Source: Candidatus Poribacteria bacterium
GTDB lineage: Bacteria > Poribacteria > WGA-4E > UBA9662
Assembly (NCBI GenBank): GCA_046582655.1
Contig: JAYGDX010000073.1
Location: 31,746-95,745 of the forward strand
Direction: 5' to 3'
DNA length: 64,000 nt
Shown here: one piece after another, positions 29,994-39,915 of the stretch
Layout: every line of letters begins with the position of its first letter
How positions within the stretch are numbered: the stretch's first letter is position 1
Made by a program: the position numbers and the translations under genes
The notes under the pieces: model-generated
Databases searched by the model: none
What the model saw: the letters and a program-made list of their open reading frames with translations, nothing else
What the model was told of the DNA's origin: nothing

Positions 29994-30743
29994 TCAGACC
30001 TCTGTGTTGCGAACTGCTAAGTGAATTGGGGGCTTTTTATAAGCTGCGTCGACCAGTGACGGCTCCACCCACTGATTTTTGGGTTGGACATCCTCAATTC
30101 TACCATAGTCTCGTACGAATATCATTCCCAGGAAAAACCCGGCAATGTGTGCTACCCAAGCGATGGGTGTTCCTTGCGGTGAGATGTAAGCATAAAAGAT
30201 TTGGGTCCCAATCCATGGTAGAAGAACAACAGTTGTTCGTAGTGAGACAACGTAAATTAGGAGAAGGCTTCGAACACGCGCTTGGGGGAAAATGACTAAA
30301 TGGGCTCCCATCACGCCAGCGATAGCAGCACTCGCACCAATAACGGGAACATCCGATTGATGATGAAAAACAGAGTAAATAAACGTTGCCAAGATACCAC
30401 AAGCGAAATAAAAAAGGAGGAACCGGATTCGCCCAATATGATATTCAAGGATTGGTCCAAAGACAGCGAGATACAGCATATTGGTGATTAAATGTAGAAA
30501 TCCCATCTTCCAACGAACGTCATGTAAAAAAAGTGAACATATAAAATCTCGACTATGGCTGAAAAAAGATGGAAAGAGTTCAGATGGGATAACACTATAT
30601 ATTGGAATTAAATCAATGCCATCGATTATAAAGAGAATCTGATAAGTAAACACAATGAGATTTAGGCTGATGAGGAAGTGGACCACTAAGGGGCGTTTAG
30701 AACTTTGGGCTGAAGGCAAAACACTTCGCAAAGGAATAAGCAT
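29994..30743 (-). CDS. rhomboid family intramembrane serine protease
   Basis: 6 TM helices. GxSG-type catalytic motif IGASAAIAG and catalytic His in AHIAGFFLG. Confidence 0.7.
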   Translation of the reverse strand: MLIPLRSVLPSAQSSKRPLVVHFLISLNLIVFTYQILFIIDGIDLIPIYSVIPSELFPSFFSHSRDFICSLFLHDVRWKMGFLHLITNMLYLAVFGPILEYHIGRIRFLLFYFACGILATFIYSVFHHQSDVPVIGASAAIAGVMGAHLVIFPQARVRSLLLIYVVSLRTTVVLLPWIGTQIFYAYISPQGTPIAWVAHIAGFFLGMIFVRDYGRIEDVQPKNQWVEPSLVDAAYKKPPIHLAVRNTEV

Positions 30744-30755
30744 GGCTATCTTCCC

Positions 30756-31037
30756 CTAGACTTCAGGATAGGTAACATCAAATCGATCAACAACGCCCAC
30801 AATCAATTCTCGAATTGGAGCTCTTTCAATGTCGAAAACCTCTTGTGCTACTCCTGGAGCAGAACCGACCAAGACAGTATCTCCTTCTCCAGCACCAACG
30901 TAGTCAACTGCAATTGTTGGGGTTCTCACCACCTTACCTTGTAAACTAATAGGCTGAACAAGCAGTAGAGTTCGTGCGTCGTAAGCCGAATGTTTAACGA
31001 CTGATACGACTTTCCCAATTACTTTCGCTAGGTACAT
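30756..31037 (-). CDS. EutN/CcmL/PduN family microcompartment vertex protein (BMC-P)
   Basis: KVIGKVVSVVKH N-terminus and IAVDYVGAGEGDTVLVGSA core. 93 aa. Confidence 0.7.
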   Translation of the reverse strand: MYLAKVIGKVVSVVKHSAYDARTLLLVQPISLQGKVVRTPTIAVDYVGAGEGDTVLVGSAPGVAQEVFDIERAPIRELIVGVVDRFDVTYPEV

Positions 31038-31039
31038 TG

Positions 31040-31324
31040 CTATTCATTTGTCTCCGGTGTCATGGTAATGGAGTCAACAAGCCCGACAATTGCTATATCA
31101 GTAGGGATTTCTCGATCCGCATGGGCAAAAGCAGCATCACCACCACTAACGACGTATACTATATCATCGATACCAGCAATACCCTCAATGTCAACGGCAA
31201 CAATGGGAGATCCAACTGGTTCATGATTTTGTAATATCCGCTGCACAACAAAAAGCCGTAGCCCCACTAGATTGGGATCTTTTACCGTTGTAACAACCGT
31301 GCCAATGATTTTACCTATATCCAT
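31040..31324 (-). CDS. EutN/CcmL/PduN family microcompartment vertex protein (BMC-P), second tandem copy
   Basis: KIIGTVVTTVKD N-terminus and IVAVDIEGIAGIDDIVYVVSG core. 94 aa. 2-nt gap to the next gene. Confidence 0.7.
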   Translation of the reverse strand: MDIGKIIGTVVTTVKDPNLVGLRLFVVQRILQNHEPVGSPIVAVDIEGIAGIDDIVYVVSGGDAAFAHADREIPTDIAIVGLVDSITMTPETNE

Positions 31325-31332
31325 AAATTCTT

Positions 31333-32766
31333 TTAGACCTCAATCCCATATTCCTCAATTTTAACATGTAACGTGTTTCTGTTAATACCGAGGATCTCCG
31401 CTGCTTTGCTACGATTTCCTCCTGCTTTTATCAACACGATTTCAAAAAGCGGCTTTTCCATCGTTTCTCGTATGTGTTGATAAAGGGATCTGTCATCCAC
31501 TCCTGAATCTAAGTAACTCTCCACTTTGCTTTTGATTATTCGGCGTACGTGAATCTCCTGGTCTGATTCAACCGGCGTCGTAAATTTAAACTGCTCACCT
31601 AGTAGTTGAGGACAGTGTTCTGGTAATAGTGCAGTACCTGAACACATAACCAGTCCCTGTTTTATGATATTTTCCAGTTCGCGAACATTACCTGGCCAAC
31701 TGTGGTTCATCAGTAGTTCGCAGGTTTGATCAGATATAGCTACCTTCAGCTGTTTATACTCATTGGCAAATTGTGTAGTGAATAGATCTACAAGATCAGG
31801 AATATCTTCTTTCCGGTCACGAAGAGGTGGGATATGAATTGGTATGACATTCAAGCGATAATAGAGATCTTCACGAAAAGCATTCTCTTTTACATCCTGT
31901 TGGAGTTGACGGTTCGTAGCTGCAACCACGCGGACGTCTATTTTTCGAGACTGGTTTGCTCCGACCGGTTCCACTTCGCGTTCCTGCAAAACACGCAACA
32001 GTTTCATTTGTGTGTCAGCCGACAATTCACCAACTTCATCCAGAAAGATCGTGCCGCCGTTACTTTGTTCAAATTTACCTTGGCGGGATGAGTCTGCTCC
32101 AGTGAATGCGCCCTTAACATGACCGAACAATGCACTTTCGATTAGATTAGCTGGGATTGCGCTACAGTCAAAAACCACGAATGCTTGATCTGCACGATTA
32201 CTGTTTTGGTGAATTGCACGCGCTACTAATTCTTTACCTGTACCACTTTCACCCATAACTAAGACAGTCTCATTGCTAGTTGCGGCCCGACCGATGATTT
32301 GGTATACACGGCGCATTTCCAAACTCTGGCCAACAATTTTGCTGCCTTGTGACTTGGGACTGTCAGCATCAGAAAAGTCCTGACTCTCTTTTATCTGTTT
32401 GGTAGCATTGACGGCACGTTTTGCCGTAGCCGCGACTTCTTTGATATCGAATGGTTTGGTAATATAATCATACGCCCCTTGTTTTGCTGACTCGATAGCT
32501 GTTTGCGTGTCGCCATGTGCCGTAATTACCACAATCGAAACAGAATTTTGGATTTCAAGTATTTCAGGGATTAGATCTAAACCGTTAATATCCGGCATGA
32601 AAATATCAAGGAAGACAGCACTAACTGGATCTAATTCAAGTAGTTTTATTGTCTCTTTACCATCACGAGCAGGAAGCGGCAGATATCCCTCTTTTTCCAA
32701 GGCTTTCGATAGAACGAAACGGATGCTTTCGTCGTCATCGGCAATAAGAATTTTGTGTTCTGTCAT
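31333..32766 (-). CDS. sigma-54-dependent response regulator (NtrC family: REC + AAA+ + Fis HTH)
   Basis: Receiver Asp context ([10 protein letters not shown]). Walker [15 protein letters not shown] motif. C-terminal HTH. Confidence 0.85.
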   Translation of the reverse strand: MTEHKILIADDDESIRFVLSKALEKEGYLPLPARDGKETIKLLELDPVSAVFLDIFMPDINGLDLIPEILEIQNSVSIVVITAHGDTQTAIESAKQGAYDYITKPFDIKEVAATAKRAVNATKQIKESQDFSDADSPKSQGSKIVGQSLEMRRVYQIIGRAATSNETVLVMGESGTGKELVARAIHQNSNRADQAFVVFDCSAIPANLIESALFGHVKGAFTGADSSRQGKFEQSNGGTIFLDEVGELSADTQMKLLRVLQEREVEPVGANQSRKIDVRVVAATNRQLQQDVKENAFREDLYYRLNVIPIHIPPLRDRKEDIPDLVDLFTTQFANEYKQLKVAISDQTCELLMNHSWPGNVRELENIIKQGLVMCSGTALLPEHCPQLLGEQFKFTTPVESDQEIHVRRIIKSKVESYLDSGVDDRSLYQHIRETMEKPLFEIVLIKAGGNRSKAAEILGINRNTLHVKIEEYGIEV

Positions 32767-32902
32767 TTTACCAACTTTGTTAGATTGACTGATATTGGCG
32801 GCTAACGGTAAGTTCCTTCACTTCAAGTTAGCTATGGTGTTGAATGTAGTACAAGGTTGTGTCAAGTTAATTGGCTAGCTTTCTGGAAATGGACTTAGCC
32901 CA

Positions 32903-34444
32903 TTAAATCGGCATCGTAATAAGAAACGCCGCCCCTTTTGGCGATGTTACATCAACTTCAATTGTACCATTGTGATCTTCAATTATCTGTTGGCTAATAG
33001 CAAGACCAAGCCCTGTGCCTTTTGGTTTCGTAGTGTAAAATGGATCGAAAAGTTTGTGGGTAATTTCCGGATGTATTCCACGCCCAGTATCTTCGATACG
33101 TAGTTCTATGACTGATTTTTCGAGATCAAAAGTCGCGTTGATAGTTAAAGTGCCATCGTTTTCTATAGACTCAATAGCATTCCGAAAGAGATTGAGCAAA
33201 ATCTGTTCTATAGCTTCTGGATTTACTTTAACCTTTGGCAGATATTGTTGATAATTTTGTTTAACTTCAACTTGGTGTTGTTTGAGTTCGGGGTCACAGA
33301 CTTTGAGCACATCAAATACAAGCGATTTCAAATCACACAACTCAAAATTAACGGCCTGAGATTTGCCAAAAGTGAGTAATTGCTCAATAACACGATTGAG
33401 GCGGTCAACTTCTTTTAAAATCACATCAATATAATCTCGACTGTTGGCATCAAAATTCTCTTCGAGTTGGAGGAGTTGTGCCGCACCGCGAATTCCTCCG
33501 AGAGGATTCCGTACCTCGTGAGCAACGGTCGTCGCCATTTTTCCCAATGTCGCTAGGCGTTCTGATTGAACGAGCGAATCAATCATCTGCTGGATTTTTA
33601 CGCGCTGGGCTGTAATTGAAGCAACAACGGTGAGAATCCGAAGTTCATCTTCAGCAGAAAATTCATCAGAACCTTTGTCAATTGCCAGAGTACCAACGAC
33701 CTTTTCATCGACAATTAGGGGTAAACACCAGAAAGCAATTGGGTTCTTCGACTCAACTGAATCTGCAAATGGAAAGCTATCATCACCTCTTCTCATCCAT
33801 TTGTGTGGAACACCGATTGGTCGACCATACTTTAATACTTTTTCTTGAATGACATCGATCTGCTTCCGATCTCGAATTTCTGCTTCTGTTAAGCCGAATG
33901 CCGCGTCAAGGTATTGATTCTGTTGATCTTTATCGTAGATATTAAGATGTGCTTGGTACAACCCCATGCGATTTGCTAAAATCTTAATAATCTGCTGGAA
34001 AAAACTTTCAAGATCATGGGCAGAATTTGCTGATGCACTGACATCGAAGAGTGTCGACATATCCCGAATTCTCTTCTCAAGATCTCGGTTGTCTTGATCG
34101 GTTCTCAGAAATTGATTTTTTACTTCCGTTTCCTTTGTTTTGAACTTTTGTATTGTTTGCAGAATGCAAAGAGAAATGAAAGGATAAATCATCACCGAAA
34201 CAGTAAAATGGTCCCAATTGTAGACAAAAGCAAGATAAATAAAGTTAATGATTGTTGTGAGTGCAAGAATCGTGAATTGCCCAGGACGATTATCGTATCG
34301 ACCTGAGAGAGCTATCAGGGCATAATATAGATGGATTGCAACATAATAATTTTGGAGATTGTCAGAACCATAGATAAAAATATTAATTAGAAAAATCAAA
34401 AACGTAAGACAGATCGTTTTCACTTCTGTTTCACTCAGTTCCAA
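32903..34444 (-). CDS. sensor histidine kinase with N-terminal multi-TM region and GAF domain
   Basis: H-box ATTVAHEVRNPLGGI. HATPase_c G-boxes (DTGRGI, GTGLGLAI). GAF-like segment upstream. Confidence 0.8.
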   Translation of the reverse strand: MELSETEVKTICLTFLIFLINIFIYGSDNLQNYYVAIHLYYALIALSGRYDNRPGQFTILALTTIINFIYLAFVYNWDHFTVSVMIYPFISLCILQTIQKFKTKETEVKNQFLRTDQDNRDLEKRIRDMSTLFDVSASANSAHDLESFFQQIIKILANRMGLYQAHLNIYDKDQQNQYLDAAFGLTEAEIRDRKQIDVIQEKVLKYGRPIGVPHKWMRRGDDSFPFADSVESKNPIAFWCLPLIVDEKVVGTLAIDKGSDEFSAEDELRILTVVASITAQRVKIQQMIDSLVQSERLATLGKMATTVAHEVRNPLGGIRGAAQLLQLEENFDANSRDYIDVILKEVDRLNRVIEQLLTFGKSQAVNFELCDLKSLVFDVLKVCDPELKQHQVEVKQNYQQYLPKVKVNPEAIEQILLNLFRNAIESIENDGTLTINATFDLEKSVIELRIEDTGRGIHPEITHKLFDPFYTTKPKGTGLGLAISQQIIEDHNGTIEVDVTSPKGAAFLITMPI

Positions 34445-34552
34445 GATATGGCGAGGTTACCTTTGGATTGTACTAGCAACTGTAACCTTTTTTCGGGTGA
34501 CGCATTGAGCCCACCTGCAAATCTCACAATCAATGTAAATTTTTATCGCCTT

Positions 34553-35158
34553 TTAATCCTTTTCCAGGAAATTGTTGAGCATTTTAAGCCCAATTCGACC
34601 GCTTTTTTCAAGATGGAATTGCGTGGCAATTAAATTTTTGTGCGCAATTGTGCTGCAAAACTCTACGCCGTAATGAGTCCTACCAATTATGATTTCTGAA
34701 TCCTCAGGAACCGGATAGTACGAATTGACAAAGTAGAAATATCCTGAATTTGGTACATCATTAAAGATCCAATGATCGTTAATTTGCTGCACTTGATTCC
34801 AGCCGATTTGTGGAACCTTTATCATTGGTATGGGTTTAAATTTCTTTACTTGGCCAGAAAGAACACCTAGGCAGTCTGTACCGTCTTCTTCACTATAATC
34901 AAATAAGATCTGGATGCCAATACAAATACCCAGCATCAGTTTGCCAGATTCATAGGACTCAATCAGTATCTGGGAAAGTCCTGTTTCATGGAGTGTATCC
35001 ATTGTGGCCTTAGCCGCACCAACACCAGGAAAAATAACTTTCTGAGATGCTAGGATTTTTTGCGGATTTGCTGTGATTTCGCATTGATAACCCAAAAAAT
35101 TTACGGCATGGGCGACACTCGTCAAGTTTCCGGCGTTATAATCAATAATAGCAATCAC
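34553..35158 (-). CDS. hisH: imidazole glycerol phosphate synthase glutaminase subunit HisH (class I GATase)
   Basis: GICIGIQIL catalytic Cys. QFHLEKS His/Glu motif. About 201 aa. Confidence 0.65.
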   Translation of the reverse strand: MIAIIDYNAGNLTSVAHAVNFLGYQCEITANPQKILASQKVIFPGVGAAKATMDTLHETGLSQILIESYESGKLMLGICIGIQILFDYSEEDGTDCLGVLSGQVKKFKPIPMIKVPQIGWNQVQQINDHWIFNDVPNSGYFYFVNSYYPVPEDSEIIIGRTHYGVEFCSTIAHKNLIATQFHLEKSGRIGLKMLNNFLEKD

Positions 35159-35206
35159 GATATTTCTTACAGTTTGTCCTTTCCTTCAATTGATTTGAAT
35201 TGTAGT

Positions 35207-35680
35207 TCATAACTGATCTATTTGTTTATACAAGTTGGTTATTTCGATTGCCGCTGCAGCCGCTTCGGATCCTTTGTTGCCCGCTTTTGTTCCAGCACGT
35301 TCAATTGCTTGATTAACGGTGTCAGTGGTGATAACCCCAAAAATTGTTGGGACGCCAGTTGCATACGAAACTTGTGCAATACCGGAAGCACTCTCACCTG
35401 CAACATAATCGAAATGGGGAGTAGCTCCCCGGATTACAGCACCAAGACAGATAATAGCATTGAACTTACCTGTATCTGCGAGTCGTTTAGCAGTGGAAGG
35501 GATTTCATACGAGCCGGGTGTGCGGAACACAGAGACATCATCCATATTTACACCATGACGTTTGAGTGTGTCAAGCGCGCCCTCAAGCAACCCATCAGTA
35601 ACGAAACTGTTAAATCGGCTGACAACAATTGCAAATATTAGCCCACTCCCAATTAGATCTCCTTCATAAATTTTTGTCAT
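35207..35680 (-). CDS. ribH: 6,7-dimethyl-8-ribityllumazine synthase
   Basis: Lumazine synthase length and conserved blocks ([14 protein letters not shown]). Confidence 0.85.
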   Translation of the reverse strand: MTKIYEGDLIGSGLIFAIVVSRFNSFVTDGLLEGALDTLKRHGVNMDDVSVFRTPGSYEIPSTAKRLADTGKFNAIICLGAVIRGATPHFDYVAGESASGIAQVSYATGVPTIFGVITTDTVNQAIERAGTKAGNKGSEAAAAAIEITNLYKQIDQL

Positions 35681-35700
35681 GTTTCCTTGCCCTTTACCTA

Positions 35701-36933
35701 TTAATTGTCTATTTTCTGAAGAATCAGGTGACCCAGCTTCGATCGTTTTGTCTCAAGATACCGACAGTTGAATTGTTGAGGCGGGACCTCAATCGGCACG
35801 CGTTCGACAACTTCAAGGTTATACCCATCAAGACCACTAATCTTGCGTGGATTATTTGTCATTAGATACATCTTACTAATGCCAAGATCAGATAAAATTT
35901 GAGCCCCTATCCCATAGTCTCTGAGATCCGGTGGGAACCCAAGTTTTTCGTTAGCTTCGACTGTGTCAAGTCCCTCTCTATCCTGGAGTTGGTAGGCGCG
36001 TATCTTATTGCCGAGTCCCATCCCACGGCCTTCCTGACGCATGTAAAGTATGACGCCGCTACCTGCTTCCTCAATAGCTTTCATCGCGTATTCTAATTGT
36101 TGACCACAATCACAGCGTAGCGACCCAAAAATATCACCTGTCAGGCATTGTGAGTGAACTCGGACTAAAATTGGTTCACCGGAAAGAATTTCACCTTTAA
36201 CCAACGCAACATGCGTTTTTGCATCGTTTATGCTTTCGTAGGTGTAAAGTCTGAACTCACCATTTCGAGTTGGCAGATCAGCTTCAGCGACAAGCTTAAC
36301 TAGTGATTCCTTTTGGTGTCGGTACGCAATTAAATCAGCAATAGTAACAATTTTAAGGTTATGCAGAGAAGCAAAATCAAGAAGTTCAGGAGTGCGTGCC
36401 ATTGTGCCATCATCATTTAAAATTTCACAGACAACACCGGCGGGATATAAGCCAGCAAAATGTGCGAGATCAACAGCGGCTTCTGTATGGCCAGCACGTC
36501 TGAGAACTCCACCTTCGGTTGCTTGAAGCGGAAATATATGACCGGGTCGCATGAAGTCAGCCGCAGTTGCATCTGGTTCAATGAATCTTCTTATCGTCAT
36601 AGCACGTTCATAGGCCGAGATGCCTGTTTTAACGCCTTTAACATCAATTGTAACTGAAAAGGCAGTGCGCATAGTTTCGTTATTTTGATTTACCATTAAT
36701 GGTAAACTTAGCTCTGACAACCGTGCCGTCGTTGCAGGCAGGCAAATCATTCCCCGACCATGCTTTAACATGAAATTTATGGCTTCTGATGTAACCTTTT
36801 CAGCCGCCATAACCAGATCCCCCTCGTTTTCACGATCAGGATCATCCACAACGATAATAATCTCACCGTTTTGGATCGCATCAACTGCTTCTGGAATAGT
36901 GTTAAATCCACTCATTTTCGCATGTGTACTCAA
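35701..36933 (-). CDS. ribBA: bifunctional 3,4-dihydroxy-2-butanone-4-phosphate synthase / GTP cyclohydrolase II
   Basis: DHBP synthase N-half (DRENEGDL) and GCH-II C-half with Cys triad (CLTGD...CDCG). Confidence 0.9.
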   Translation of the reverse strand: MSTHAKMSGFNTIPEAVDAIQNGEIIIVVDDPDRENEGDLVMAAEKVTSEAINFMLKHGRGMICLPATTARLSELSLPLMVNQNNETMRTAFSVTIDVKGVKTGISAYERAMTIRRFIEPDATAADFMRPGHIFPLQATEGGVLRRAGHTEAAVDLAHFAGLYPAGVVCEILNDDGTMARTPELLDFASLHNLKIVTIADLIAYRHQKESLVKLVAEADLPTRNGEFRLYTYESINDAKTHVALVKGEILSGEPILVRVHSQCLTGDIFGSLRCDCGQQLEYAMKAIEEAGSGVILYMRQEGRGMGLGNKIRAYQLQDREGLDTVEANEKLGFPPDLRDYGIGAQILSDLGISKMYLMTNNPRKISGLDGYNLEVVERVPIEVPPQQFNCRYLETKRSKLGHLILQKIDN

Positions 36934-36952
36934 GCATTAACCAAATAATTGA

Positions 36953-37552
36953 TTAGTTTTTGTGTTGACAAGCCAACAACCGTTCAACATAGCGACCAAT
37001 AAGATCTACTTCAATGTTGACCTGATCTTCTACTCGTTTCTGGCCCATGGTTGTTACTTCTTTGGTGTGAGGAATTAGTGATATTTCAAAAGAGTCATCT
37101 AACAAGTTGGCAATTGTTAAGCTCACCCCATCAACAGTAATTGAACCTTTATAAACAATGTATGGCATCGATTTTAGTGAAATTGACACACGCATAAGAG
37201 ACGAATCGCCTTCGTCTTTCCAGTCAATGATTTTGCCAACTTCATCAATGTGCCCTTGAACAAGATGCCCGTTAACACGATCAACGAGTCGAACAGATCT
37301 CTCTAAATTTACCGGTGATCCAACCTTGAGATCACCCAAATTTGTTAGCCGTAATGTTTCAGCAGTGATATCCGCATTGAACCTGTCCGAAGTGAGATTT
37401 GTAACCGTCAGACAAACGCCGTTAACGGCAATGCTGTCGCCGACTTTGCTGTTCGCTAAGGTCCTTTTTGCCTCAACTTCGATTCTGGCAGATTGGGGCA
37501 ATCTGTCAATTAGCTGAACTATTCCAACTTCCTCTACAATCCCGGTAAACAT
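36953..37552 (-). CDS. ribE: riboflavin synthase alpha subunit
   Basis: MFTGIVEEVG start. Duplicated lumazine-binding halves (VNGVCLTV / VDGVSLTI). Confidence 0.85.
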   Translation of the reverse strand: MFTGIVEEVGIVQLIDRLPQSARIEVEAKRTLANSKVGDSIAVNGVCLTVTNLTSDRFNADITAETLRLTNLGDLKVGSPVNLERSVRLVDRVNGHLVQGHIDEVGKIIDWKDEGDSSLMRVSISLKSMPYIVYKGSITVDGVSLTIANLLDDSFEISLIPHTKEVTTMGQKRVEDQVNIEVDLIGRYVERLLACQHKN

Positions 37553-37556
37553 AGGC

Positions 37557-38663
37557 TTAGTTCAGATATCCTTCAATGAGAAAGTCCTCACCAATTTTTG
37601 TGAATTCCCAATTGTGAATATCAATTGCTTCCGACAAATTCGTGATTCCGTTACCTCCGATCACTCCAGGGGCACTTTGACCGCCAATCAATTTTGGAGC
37701 AACGAAGAACATAACCTTATCAACAATACCTGCATCTAATGCAGAAGCGTGGATTTCGCTGCCTCCTTCGATAAGTATACTGGTTATACCGAGTTCTATT
37801 AATCTATTCATCAAGGATGTCAAACAAACCCGCTTATCATTGGAATCTACAATCAGTACGTCTGCACCTGCAGATTCAAGCTCTTCCATTTTCGTTCTGG
37901 GCGCAAATTCGGTTGTAGCAATGATAACCTTTGCACGACTTTCGGGATTGAAAATTTTGGCTTTGATTGGTGTACGGCAGCATGAATCAACAATGATCCG
38001 AATCGGGTCCTGACTGTCTCGATTGAGCAATCGCGTGGTCAAAGATGGATTATCTCGAAATACAGTACCAATGCCAACAAGGATAGCATCGACCATATCC
38101 CGAAGTCCATGTCCCTTTTGTCGAGCTGCCGGTGAGGTGATCCATTGAGAGTCTCCAGTTACAGTCGCAATTTTTCCATCAAGGCTAGTAGCCGCTTTCA
38201 GTATTACAAACGGCTGTTTCTTCACCATGTTTTTAATAAAAATTTCGTTCAACTGATATGCTTCATCGTGGCACAGACCAACTTCCACCTCTATTCCCGC
38301 TTGACGGATTTGTTCTATACCCTTACCCGCTACTATTGGATTGGGATCTTCGATCGCAACAAATATCTTGCTAATTCCTGATTGAACGATTATGTCAGTG
38401 CAGGGAGGCGTTTGTCCCCAATGGCAACATGGTTCGAGTGTTACATACATCGTAGCACCACGAGCAAATCCTTTTGCCTGATTCAAAGCCTGCGGTTCGG
38501 CATGCGGTGTGCCAGCTTGTTTGTGATAACCCTCACCAACGATTTGACTTGTATTAACGATTACCGCTCCTACCATTGGATTAGGGCTTGTTCTCCCACT
38601 GGCTTTGGCCGCTAGGTCTATGGCTCGATGCATGAAACACTGGTCTACTTCTGAAAACCCCAT
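37557..38663 (-). CDS. ribD: bifunctional diaminohydroxyphosphoribosylaminopyrimidine deaminase / 5-amino-6-(5-phosphoribosylamino)uracil reductase
   Basis: CMP/dCMP deaminase zinc motif HAEPQAL...PCCHWG plus C-terminal reductase domain. Confidence 0.85.
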   Translation of the reverse strand: MGFSEVDQCFMHRAIDLAAKASGRTSPNPMVGAVIVNTSQIVGEGYHKQAGTPHAEPQALNQAKGFARGATMYVTLEPCCHWGQTPPCTDIIVQSGISKIFVAIEDPNPIVAGKGIEQIRQAGIEVEVGLCHDEAYQLNEIFIKNMVKKQPFVILKAATSLDGKIATVTGDSQWITSPAARQKGHGLRDMVDAILVGIGTVFRDNPSLTTRLLNRDSQDPIRIIVDSCCRTPIKAKIFNPESRAKVIIATTEFAPRTKMEELESAGADVLIVDSNDKRVCLTSLMNRLIELGITSILIEGGSEIHASALDAGIVDKVMFFVAPKLIGGQSAPGVIGGNGITNLSEAIDIHNWEFTKIGEDFLIEGYLN

Positions 38664-38709
38664 TTCAGCATATTATATCATAGCCGATTTTTCGAATCAA
38701 AACAGAGTT

Positions 38710-39816
38710 CTAATCATTTTGAACAGCGTGCTTTACTTGGTTATATATCGATTCCCAGTCTTGGCGCGAGTGGCTGATAAGAATTAGCCGATCTGTCTCC
38801 TGTAGTTCGAGGTCTGCAGCAGGATTGATCCAAGGTTGATTGTCACGAATAATGCCAACCAGAACAATTTGTATCTTAAGTTCAACCAGAAGAGACTGAA
38901 GACCGTTAACAGTCATGGGTCTAAGTTTAACGATTCCTTCAATTGATTCACTGTAAAGTTCGCTGCCTTCTGCTTGTGTCAGTAATTCTGATACTGCTGG
39001 TGCAAGTCCTCGATCTCGGATTTCTTGTGCCAGCAACTTTGCTCCGATATTTTGCGTCGGAATAACTGCGGAACAACGAAGTGGGTCAAAAAGAGTCAAG
39101 TGCTCAACACTACTGCATTCAGCAATTACACGGATCTCGGAATTAATTTGTTCAATCATTGAAACGGTTGCTGCCGTCAAGGCGTCAGCAGATCGACGAT
39201 CCGAAGTGGGCGAAAGGACAAGAGCGACGTAAGCTTCCTCGACATTTGCGCGTAGAAGTGTATCTATTTGCATTGATGATCCATGAACAAAATGAACTGC
39301 TTCTCTGTTAAATGGAAGTTCTTGAAGAGTATCTGCAATGATGACGATTTCTTTGTCTGCACATAATGGATCTGATGATAGTTGATCAATGATGGCATCC
39401 ACAGTTAGCTCATCTGGGAAGTTGACAACGATGATATGTTCCCTTAAAGAGTCTCGCAAGTCCGCAAATCCGCGGCGTCGTTCATTAGCCCCTTCAACGG
39501 TTAAATCAACGACTTGAGTAACTAGATAAGGGAAGGAGGCTAATCCAATAAAATACAGCAAGATCATGGTGGCTAATCTGCCTTGAATTGTCTTGGCCGA
39601 AATATCACCATAGCCAACTGTGGTGATGGTAGTAAAACTGAGCCAAAACGAATCCCAAATGCTAATGTTTTGCACTTGTTTTTCAAAGTAGTAGAAGGTA
39701 CCGGAATTAATCACGATGCAAATTATCACGATACCGATGGTAATCATAACGCGTCGAATATGCCGGTTTTGGAACCGGCGATGCAAACGTCGCAACGTTT
39801 GTAGGATAAAAAACAT
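38710..39816 (-). CDS. two-TM potassium channel with RCK/TrkA-N domain
   Basis: Selectivity filter TTVGYGD followed by a cytoplasmic RCK domain. Confidence 0.75.
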   Translation of the reverse strand: MFFILQTLRRLHRRFQNRHIRRVMITIGIVIICIVINSGTFYYFEKQVQNISIWDSFWLSFTTITTVGYGDISAKTIQGRLATMILLYFIGLASFPYLVTQVVDLTVEGANERRRGFADLRDSLREHIIVVNFPDELTVDAIIDQLSSDPLCADKEIVIIADTLQELPFNREAVHFVHGSSMQIDTLLRANVEEAYVALVLSPTSDRRSADALTAATVSMIEQINSEIRVIAECSSVEHLTLFDPLRCSAVIPTQNIGAKLLAQEIRDRGLAPAVSELLTQAEGSELYSESIEGIVKLRPMTVNGLQSLLVELKIQIVLVGIIRDNQPWINPAADLELQETDRLILISHSRQDWESIYNQVKHAVQND

Positions 39817-39915
39817 TTCGATCTATTACTCCTAATTGGTCTAATACCAGTTTTTGACTTGACGATTTTATGTAGTGTCAAGTATATTCTTGAAATTATG
39901 CTGGTGAAAAAAGAA

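Noticed and set aside
38664-38709. FMN riboswitch upstream of ribD
   Set aside because: Only 46 nt are available and no conserved FMN-aptamer blocks are present. The 99-nt region upstream of the K+ channel gene is also too short and lacks the motifs.
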